A DNA stretch of 21,783 bases from Planctomycetota bacterium. Lineage in GTDB: Bacteria > Planctomycetota > PLA2 > JAEUHO01. Positions 1 to 6,863 of this stretch are shown one piece after another. The notes under the pieces are model-generated. The model ran no database searches, had not been told where the DNA came from, and saw only the letters and a program-made list of their open reading frames with translations. Position numbers and translations under genes: made by a program. Position 1 is the first letter of the stretch; every line of letters starts with the position of its first letter. The stretch lies in assembly GCA_050248855.1 (NCBI GenBank), contig JBFWRP010000024.1:1-21783 (forward strand). Direction: 5' to 3'.

Positions 1-95
1 GCGTGCTGCCGGCTCGAAAACGTCGGAGATACGAGCGCGTCGTAAAGGCCCTGCCCGGCAGGTACCCCATCCGAAGGAGGAACCGTGCGGCTTAA
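1..95 (+). CDS. IS4-family transposase, C-terminal fragment (truncated by window edge)
   Basis: Frame starting at base 3 reads VLPARKRRRYERVVKALPGRYPIRRRNRAA*, resembling the basic LP-RR-R--RVVK---YP C-terminus of IS4-subgroup transposases. The TAA stop (93-95) lies inside the terminal IR. Confidence 0.7.
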   Translation, partial: VLPARKRRRYERVVKALPGRYPIRRRNRAA

Positions 96-108
96 GTCAC
101 CGGCATTG
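91..108. mobile_element. Right terminal inverted repeat of IS4-family insertion sequence
   Basis: CTTAAGTCACCGGCATTG; its reverse complement CAATGCCGGTGACTTAAG closely resembles the E. coli IS4 end as I recall it (TAATGCCGATCAGTTAAG). Confidence 0.7.
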
Positions 109-690
109 GTGTCAGACACCGAAGTGCTGCGTTCGCCGGCGAGCGAACCGCGACCACCGTTAGGGCGTAGCCCGAGCGCCGAGTCCGCGCGGGAGCGCGG
201 AACGAGCGTGGAGTGACCAGACACCGAAGTGCGGCGTCCACTGGCCGTCGAACCGCGCCCCCTCCGTGTCAGGCACCTTGCCCACGTTGCCGCTGCGCGG
301 CGCCGCGGCAAGGGTCCAGACACATCCGGGGTCGCGAGGCGCGCGGAGGTGTCTGAACCTGCGCCTCGGAGCGGTAGCGACGGGGGCGCGGTGTCAGACA
401 CCGAAGTGCGGCGTTCGCCGGCGAGCGAACCGCGACCCCCGCGAGGGCGTAGCCCGAGCGCCGAGTCCGCGCGGTAGCGCGGAACGAGCGTGGAGCGACC
501 AGACACCGGAGTGCGACGTCCACTGGCCGTCGAACCGCGACCCCTGCGTGTCAGGCACCTTGCCCACGTTGCCGCTGCGCGGCGCCGCGGCAAGGGTCCA
601 GACACATGCGGGGTCGCGAGGCGCGCCTGCGTGTCAGGCGCCTTGCCCACGTTGTCGCGGCGGGGCGCCGCTGCGAGGGATCTGGGCACC
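108..690. repeat. Mosaic (BIME-like) array of 13-bp quasi-palindromes, including a 282-bp-period tandem duplication
   Basis: Nodes resembling GGTGTCAG(A/G)CACC start at about 108, 213, 265, 312, 348, 390, 495, 547, 594, 630 and 677. Segment 108-344 repeats nearly identically at 390-626, and the 265-324 module recurs a third time, diverged, at 630-690. Confidence 0.9.
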
Positions 691-730
691 CGGGTTCGGA
701 TCAGGGCTTCGGATCCCGGCTCGCTGCCTG

Positions 731-1519
731 CTACCGCCCGGACGTCGCGGGAGCGGTGCCGGAGGGCCAGGGCATGCTGTAGGCGCCGCGCAGCAGGATC
801 AGGCGGTAGATCAGCTCGGGCTCGGAGTCGTCCGGCCCGAAGTCCTCGTCGCTCGTGCTGGTGCCCGGCACGTCGAACTCCAGCCGCATCAGGATGGCGT
901 AGGGGAGGCCCTTCTTCTGGCTGGCGTCCCACTCTTCCAGCCCTTCGCGCACTTGCGACTGCTCGGGAATCGGGAAGTACTGGAAGTTCATGGAGCGGAT
1001 GCGGTCGTAGACGAGGCTGTACTGCCCACCCTCGGTGGGGGCGTCGTCCACGAAGTAGTCCTCGCGCCGCCAGAGCTCGCGATACCCGGGATGGGTGTCG
1101 CTGTTGCGAAGCGCGTAGCCCACCTCGGTGAGCGGGCTGATGCGGTCCTTCTCGCTGATGCGCCCGTCGTCCTCGGCGCCGATCGTGCGCGTGCGGCGCG
1201 TCGTGATGAAGTCGACGCGGTCGGCAGGCTGCCCACCCAGGGTGTCGTTGTTGCCCTTGAAGCCGCCGTCCCCCGTCAGGCCGCCGTAGTAGATGTAGCG
1301 GAAGTCCTTGAAGATCTGCTGGAAGATGGCATTGGCCACCGTCGGGCCGCGCAGCGCCTCGTTGGTGGTGTCCGCACCCCGGATGGTGCCCGTGATGATC
1401 TGGCCCATGAGGCCGCTCAAGAACACCAGGATCGAGATGCTGATGAGCAGCTCGAGCAGGGTGAAGCCGCGCTGTGCGTGGCTTGACGGGGAGGCGGGCT
1501 CAGCGCGTCGCAGCACCAC
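731..1519 (-). CDS. gspJ: Type II secretion minor pseudopilin GspJ-like
   Basis: Prepilin site G|FTLLELLISISIL, EVGY...LWRRE motif, C-terminal LPYAILMRLEF; last gene of the H-I-J series. Confidence 0.8.
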   Translation of the reverse strand: MVLRRAEPASPSSHAQRGFTLLELLISISILVFLSGLMGQIITGTIRGADTTNEALRGPTVANAIFQQIFKDFRYIYYGGLTGDGGFKGNNDTLGGQPADRVDFITTRRTRTIGAEDDGRISEKDRISPLTEVGYALRNSDTHPGYRELWRREDYFVDDAPTEGGQYSLVYDRIRSMNFQYFPIPEQSQVREGLEEWDASQKKGLPYAILMRLEFDVPGTSTSDEDFGPDDSEPELIYRLILLRGAYSMPWPSGTAPATSGR

Positions 1520-2108
1520 GGTTGACTCCCGTGTCCGCCGGTCGACGGTAGGTCTGGAGGGTGATGAGGGGGCTCTCTTCCCCTTGCGGGTCGTCCACGC
1601 GGAAGATCTTGAGCGTCACGCGCCACAAGTTGGTGCCGCCCGCGGCCTCGCCCTCTTCCGCCGGGTCGCCGGTGGTTCCGCCGGTCGTTCCGCTCGTGGA
1701 CTCGCTCGTGTCGTCGCGGGTCGTGTCGAACAGCGGCTCGGCCTCGCTGTCGGTCGAGGTCGTGCCCGCCGCGGTCACGAGCCGCTTTTCGAGCACGTAG
1801 CGGTAGTCGCGGTAGCGGTCGCGGCGGGCCTGGGGGAGGTCCGCCCACTGCCCGTAGGCGATGTCCATCGTGCCGCTGTCGCCGTCGCGGTGCTCGGTGT
1901 CCTCGTAGAGGACGCGCGAGAAGAAGGAGTCGGCAATCTCGCGCATCTCGCGGCGATCGATGGCCGTGCCGGCCTTGTCCAGGCTCTGTGTCCAGAGCAC
2001 CACCATGAAGGCACTCACGATGGCGAGGATGGCGAAGGCACACATCACCTCGAGCAGGGTGAAGCCTGCCGCACCCCTGCGAGCGTCGTCGCGCGACGGG
2101 GCGATCAC
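1500..2108 (-). CDS. gspI: Type II secretion minor pseudopilin GspI-like
   Basis: G|FTLLEVMCAFAILAI prepilin motif, C-terminal LWRVTLKI strand, ATGA overlap with upstream gspH. Confidence 0.7.
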   Translation of the reverse strand: MIAPSRDDARRGAAGFTLLEVMCAFAILAIVSAFMVVLWTQSLDKAGTAIDRREMREIADSFFSRVLYEDTEHRDGDSGTMDIAYGQWADLPQARRDRYRDYRYVLEKRLVTAAGTTSTDSEAEPLFDTTRDDTSESTSGTTGGTTGDPAEEGEAAGGTNLWRVTLKIFRVDDPQGEESPLITLQTYRRPADTGVNRGAATR

Positions 2109-2758
2109 CGTCGGAACTCCGAGGCGGGGCGCTTGCGCTCCAGCTCGAGCTCGCCTTCGCTCCAGGTCGCGAGGCTGGTCAGGGCGTTCAAGGTGATCGT
2201 GGCCGTGCGGAACTCGCGCCGGACCTCCATGTTACTGGCCTCGATGCGGATGGCCACTGCGCCCATGGCGTTGCCGTCGGCGCTGAACCCGATCTCGAAC
2301 GGCTTCTCCCGCGAGGGCTTCTGCCACTCGCCCTTGGCATCGCTGATGCCGACCAGCACCAGGCCGTCGGGAAGCTCGTCCCACTCGGTCCAGAGGTCCG
2401 TGCGCTCGCGCTCGAGCTGGGCCGCGAGGCGGCGTCGCTCGTCGGGATCGGATGCCTCGAGCTGGGTCGTGGAGACCTGGCTGGTGAAGCGGATGCGGAA
2501 GGCGAAGCGGTCCTCGTCCTTGTCGTCCGCGTCGGGGGCGTAGCCCAGCTCGAGGTAGGCGGGCCAGCCGTCGTAGATGGCCTGCGTGCGGGCCTGGCCA
2601 AGCGCGGCGACCAGCGAGTTGGCCGAGGCCTCGAGCCGTGAGCGGGCCCCCCAGGAGTCCATGCTCATGGGCACGAGGGCGAACGTCGCCGCGATGATCG
2701 TCACCACGACCATCAGCTCCAGCAGGGTGAAGCCCGAGCGGGTCGCGCGGCGGCTCAT
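2105..2758 (-). CDS. gspH: Type II secretion minor pseudopilin GspH/FimT-like
   Basis: G|FTLLELMVVVTII, then A...L..AR..AI helix and F..DG motif typical of GspH/FimT. Confidence 0.75.
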   Translation of the reverse strand: MSRRATRSGFTLLELMVVVTIIAATFALVPMSMDSWGARSRLEASANSLVAALGQARTQAIYDGWPAYLELGYAPDADDKDEDRFAFRIRFTSQVSTTQLEASDPDERRRLAAQLERERTDLWTEWDELPDGLVLVGISDAKGEWQKPSREKPFEIGFSADGNAMGAVAIRIEASNMEVRREFRTATITLNALTSLATWSEGELELERKRPASEFRR

Positions 2759-2788
2759 GGGGGACAGGGCTCTCCGAGGCGCGTGCGA

Positions 2789-3196
2789 CTAGCGCTCGCT
2801 GTTCTTCTTGTCCGAGTCGTACGTGATGTCGTCGTCGGTCTCGAGCGTGCCGTCCTCACCCGCCGAGCGGATGCGGTACTGGTTGCGACCGATCTTGCGG
2901 TACTCGTACTCGTTGCCCCAAGGGTCCTGCGGCACGGAAGCCAGGTAGGGCTCGCCGGACTTCTCGTCGGCCTGGGTCAGCTCCTCCAGGTTGTCGGGCA
3001 GCTTCTTCTCGGTCAGCTTGTACATGCTGATGGCCTGGGCGAAGTTGTTCATCTGCGTCTCGGCGACGCCCTGGCGGGACTGGAAGAGGGCGCGCCAGAC
3101 GCTCGGGCCCACGAGGGCGACGAGCGAGCCGAGAATCACGACGACGACCATCAGCTCGACGAGGGTGAAGCCTCGCTGGTGGCGGGAAGAACGCAT
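2789..3196 (-). CDS. gspG: Type II secretion major pseudopilin GspG (copy 2)
   Basis: MRSSRHQRG|FTLVELMVVVVILG, DPWGNEY, SAGEDGTLETDDDI. ATG at 3196 has a GGAGG RBS, so the ORF-track start at 3295 is too long. Confidence 0.92.
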   Translation of the reverse strand: MRSSRHQRGFTLVELMVVVVILGSLVALVGPSVWRALFQSRQGVAETQMNNFAQAISMYKLTEKKLPDNLEELTQADEKSGEPYLASVPQDPWGNEYEYRKIGRNQYRIRSAGEDGTLETDDDITYDSDKKNSER

Positions 3197-3358
3197 GGGA
3201 AGCCTCCGGAGGGCGTTGGACCGGACTTGGACGACGGGCCGCAGGCCCGACCTTCGGGACGATCGTACCCCCCGCGGCCGGGCTACGGGCCCCACGCACC
3301 GGGAGCCTCGGACCTCGGGGCGGTTCGCCGCGGGCTGCCGACGGCGCGGCCCCCGACC

Positions 3359-3760
3359 TCACCGCGGACGCTCTCCACGCGAGTCGTACACGAGGTCGTC
3401 CGCGGTGCCGGGCGTCCCATCCCGTCCGGGCGAGCTGACCTGGAAGGCGTCCCTGCCCTGCGGCTGGTAGTCGTAGGCGTTGCCCCACGGGTCCTCGGGG
3501 ACATGGGTGAGGTACGGGTGCGGGTGGCGCTCGTCCGTCGTGGTGAGCTCCTCGAGCGTGGCGGGCAGGCGCTTGGCCATCAGCTTGTACGTGGAGACGG
3601 CCCGGGCCAGCTCGTGGAGCTGGGTGGTCACGATCTCCTGCCGGGCGTCGTCGCTCGAACGGACGATGTTGGGTCCGACGATCCCCACCAGCAGGCCCAG
3701 GATCACGACGACCACCATCAGCTCGACAAGCGTGAAACCTCGTTCGCCTGCTCGCGCCAT
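3359..3760 (-). CDS. gspG: Type II secretion major pseudopilin GspG (copy 1)
   Basis: G|FTLVELMVVVVILG, DPWGNAY, SPGRDGTPGTADD; GAGGAGG RBS upstream. Confidence 0.92.
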   Translation of the reverse strand: MARAGERGFTLVELMVVVVILGLLVGIVGPNIVRSSDDARQEIVTTQLHELARAVSTYKLMAKRLPATLEELTTTDERHPHPYLTHVPEDPWGNAYDYQPQGRDAFQVSSPGRDGTPGTADDLVYDSRGERPR

Positions 3761-3823
3761 GACCGGCCTCCTCGCTGAAGGGACGTCCCTTGGACGCCGC
3801 GAAGCAGCCCGTCCTCCTGCGCG

Positions 3824-5050
3824 TCAGTTCCGCAGGTTGCTCATCCGCAAGATGGGCAGCATCACGCTGATCACGATGAAGCCGACCACGCCGGCCATGG
3901 CCACGATGATCAACGGCTCGAGGAGGCTGGTGACCTTCTGGGTCTGGACTTCGACCTCTTCGTCGTAGGCCGCCGCCACTTGCTCGAGCATCCGCTCGAG
4001 CTCGCCGGACTGCTCGCCGACTGCCACCATGTAGCCCACGACGGGCGGGAACACGCCGGACTTCTTGAGCGGCGTGGAGATGTCGGCGCCCTCCACGATG
4101 CGCTTCTGCACCGTGTCCAGGGTGCGGGCCAGCACTTGGTTGTTGACGATGTCCTTGACGATCCGCAGCGCGTCGAGCACCGGGACGCCGCTCTTCAGGA
4201 GCGTCGCCATGGACACGGCGAACCGGCTGACGGCGGACTTGCGGAACAGGTCGCCCAGCACCGGGATGCCCAGCTTGAACTTGTCGACCCGGAAGCGGTA
4301 CTCCGGCTTGCGCATCATGAAGCGGTGCAGCATGGCGACGCCGAGCACGGCCGCGAACAGGAACATCCAGTAGGAGCCGAGGAAGTCGCTCGTGTTCTTG
4401 AGGATGCGCGTGGGCAGGGGAATGGTCTGGCCCGAGCGCTGGACCACGGCCAGCACCTTGGGCACGACGAACGTCATCAGGATGATCACGATCACGATGC
4501 CGACCAGGATCATCACGATCGGGTACGCGAGGGCGGCCGTGACGCGGTTGCGGATCTGGGCCTGGCGCTGCAGGTAGTCCGCCAGGCGGTCGAGCACCGA
4601 GTCCAGCCGGCCGGAGGCCTCGCCGGCCTTCACCATGTTCACGTAGAGGTCGGTGAAGTACTCGGGGTGGTAGGCCAGGGACTCGGCAAAGCCATGGCCC
4701 TGCGTCAGCTTCTCGCGGACGTCGCGGAAGGCCGCCTCGAGGTCGGGGATCGAGCACTGCTCGATCATGGCGGTCATGGCCTGGGCAAGCGGGATACCGG
4801 CCTTGAGCAGCGTGGCCAGCTGCCGCGTGTACATGGGGATCTCGCTCTTCCCCTTGGCCGAGCGGCTGAAGTCGAGGACCTTCTGCTTGCGCTCCGTGGC
4901 CTTGACCGCGGCGGCCCGGGCCGTGATCTCGGTGACCATCACGTTCTGGTTGCGCAGCTTGAGGCGGGCCTCGCGCGGGCTGTCCGCGTCGATGATGCCG
5001 GCCTTCGTCTGACCGGTGGGCGTCAGGCCCTTGTAGTCGTAGACGGGCAT
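3824..5050 (-). CDS. gspF: Type II secretion inner-membrane platform protein GspF
   Basis: RQLATLLKAGIPL, GEASGRLD, ALAYP, GEQSGEL, LLEP motifs (two T2SSF domains), 408 aa. Confidence 0.95.
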   Translation of the reverse strand: MPVYDYKGLTPTGQTKAGIIDADSPREARLKLRNQNVMVTEITARAAAVKATERKQKVLDFSRSAKGKSEIPMYTRQLATLLKAGIPLAQAMTAMIEQCSIPDLEAAFRDVREKLTQGHGFAESLAYHPEYFTDLYVNMVKAGEASGRLDSVLDRLADYLQRQAQIRNRVTAALAYPIVMILVGIVIVIILMTFVVPKVLAVVQRSGQTIPLPTRILKNTSDFLGSYWMFLFAAVLGVAMLHRFMMRKPEYRFRVDKFKLGIPVLGDLFRKSAVSRFAVSMATLLKSGVPVLDALRIVKDIVNNQVLARTLDTVQKRIVEGADISTPLKKSGVFPPVVGYMVAVGEQSGELERMLEQVAAAYDEEVEVQTQKVTSLLEPLIIVAMAGVVGFIVISVMLPILRMSNLRN

Positions 5051-5054
5051 TGGA

Positions 5055-6764
5055 TCAGATCACGTCCATCTGGGTGACGCGCAAGACCTCTTCGGGCGTG
5101 GTCCAGCCGACGCGCACCTTCAGCGCGCCGTCCTGGCGCAGCGTGCGGAAGCCGCGCTCGACGGCCCTGCGCTTGATCGCGCTGGCACTGGCGCGGTTGA
5201 CGATCTGGTCGCGTACCGAGTCGTCGATCGGCAGGATCTCGTAGATGCCGATGCGCTCCACGTAGCCGCTGCCGTAGCAGTTGCCGCACCCCCGGCCGCG
5301 CTTGACCTTGCCATCCTCGAGCTGGTCCGGGGTGATGTCGAGCTGCTTGAGCTGCCAGATCTCCTCCTCGGCGGGGTCGATCAGCTCCAGGCAGTCCGGG
5401 CAGATGCGGCGCACGAGGCGCTGGGCGATCGCCACCACGACCGACGTGGCCACGAGATAGGGCTCGATGCCGATGTCGAGCAGACGCGTGGTCACGGTGG
5501 GGGCGTCGTTGGTGTGGATGGTGCTGAACACCAAGTGACCCGTCTGGGCGGCCTGGATCGCGATGCGCGCCGTATCCACGTCACGCACCTCGCCGACCAT
5601 CATGATGTCGGGGTCCTGGCGCAGCAGCGAGCGGAGCCCGCTGGCGAAGGTGAGGCCCTTCTTCTCGTTGACCTGGATCTGGCTGATGCCCGCGAGGTGG
5701 TACTCGATCGGGTCCTCGATGGTCATCACGTTCATCTTGGTGCTGTTGATGCGCTTCAAGGCGCTGTACAGCGTGGTCGTCTTGCCCGAGCCCGTGGGGC
5801 CGGAGACGAAGATGATGCCGTGGTTGTAGTGGATGAACTGGTCCACCAGCTCGAGGTTGCCCTCCAGCAGGCCGATCTCCTCCAGCTCGTACAGGCGTGC
5901 CGTCTTGTCGAGCAGACGCATGACGAGCCGCTCGCCGTAGTTGGTGGGGACGCTGGAGAGACGGACGTCCACCTCGGCGTCGCCCAGGCGCAGCGAGGCG
6001 CGGCCGTCCTGGGGCAGGCGACGCTCCGCGATGTCCAGCTTGCCCATGACCTTGAGGCGGCTCGTGACGGCGTCTTGGAGCTTCTTCGGCACGGTCTCCA
6101 TGTCGTAGAGGATGCCGTCGATGCGGTAGCGCACCTGCAGCCGGTCTTCGAACGGCTGCAGGTGGATGTCCGAGGCGCGCATCTTGAGCGCCTGGAAGAA
6201 CAGCATGTTGACGAGCTTGATGATGGGCGCCTTGTTGGCGACGTCGAGGATGTCCTCGCTGTCGCCCAGCGTCTCCGCCAAGCTCTCCATGTCGGTGCCG
6301 GCGAGGTCCCCGACGGACTCCTCGACGATGTCCTGCTTGTTCTTGTAGGCCTTGTTGATGAGGCTGGTGATCTCGGTGCGCGGGGCCAGGACCGGGTCCA
6401 GCTCCATGCCGAGCATGGCGGCCAGGTCATCCATCGGGTACGCGTCAAACGGCGACGCGGTGGCCACGCGCATCGAGCCGTTCACCTGCTCGAGGCCCAC
6501 CAGGTAGTAGTTGCGCGCGAACTGGACGGGCACCTTTTCGACGAACACGGGGGGCACGGCGGCGTGCCCCAGCCGCTCCTCGTAGGGCATGCCCAGACCC
6601 TCGGCCATGGCCTTCAGGAGGTCGTGCTCGCTGACGAAGCCGCGCGAGAGCAGGACCTTGTCCAGCGGCCAGCCCGTCTCCCGCTCGGCGTCGATCGCCT
6701 GCTCGATCTGGGCGTCCGTGAGGAGGTTCTTCTCCTTCAGCGCGAGGATGAGCGGGTTCTGCAC
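5055..6764 (-). CDS. gspE: Type II secretion ATPase GspE
   Basis: ASDIHLQP, Walker A GPTGSGKT, TIEDPIEY, LLRQDPDIMMVGEVRD, TGHLVFSTIHTN, CPDC/CGNC zinc motif. Start is probably GTG at 6764 (ORF extends to 6818). Confidence 0.95.
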   Translation of the reverse strand: MQNPLILALKEKNLLTDAQIEQAIDAERETGWPLDKVLLSRGFVSEHDLLKAMAEGLGMPYEERLGHAAVPPVFVEKVPVQFARNYYLVGLEQVNGSMRVATASPFDAYPMDDLAAMLGMELDPVLAPRTEITSLINKAYKNKQDIVEESVGDLAGTDMESLAETLGDSEDILDVANKAPIIKLVNMLFFQALKMRASDIHLQPFEDRLQVRYRIDGILYDMETVPKKLQDAVTSRLKVMGKLDIAERRLPQDGRASLRLGDAEVDVRLSSVPTNYGERLVMRLLDKTARLYELEEIGLLEGNLELVDQFIHYNHGIIFVSGPTGSGKTTTLYSALKRINSTKMNVMTIEDPIEYHLAGISQIQVNEKKGLTFASGLRSLLRQDPDIMMVGEVRDVDTARIAIQAAQTGHLVFSTIHTNDAPTVTTRLLDIGIEPYLVATSVVVAIAQRLVRRICPDCLELIDPAEEEIWQLKQLDITPDQLEDGKVKRGRGCGNCYGSGYVERIGIYEILPIDDSVRDQIVNRASASAIKRRAVERGFRTLRQDGALKVRVGWTTPEEVLRVTQMDVI

Positions 6765-6863
6765 GGCGGGGACCCCCAACGGACGCCCGCCAGCCCCTGG
6801 GTGGGGGCCGCGGCGCACACTCCGAGACTAGCGCACCGAACCGGTGGCGCAGCCGGCGGGGCC

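Noticed and set aside
2..70. Minus-strand ORF start MGYLPGRAFTTRSYLRRFRAGST as a second RAYT
   Set aside because: The resemblance is weak; the plus-strand IS4 C-terminus with its stop in the IR explains the segment better.
108..690. CRISPR array
   Set aside because: Nodes are only 13 bp and degenerate, spacing is irregular, spacers are duplicated, and no cas genes are present.
690..720. Intrinsic terminator after gspJ
   Set aside because: Only an imperfect stem with no U-tract.
229..1486. Plus-strand ORFs (82, 406, 213 aa) over the repeat array
   Set aside because: They translate the DNA repeats and the antisense of gspJ, and show no protein motifs.
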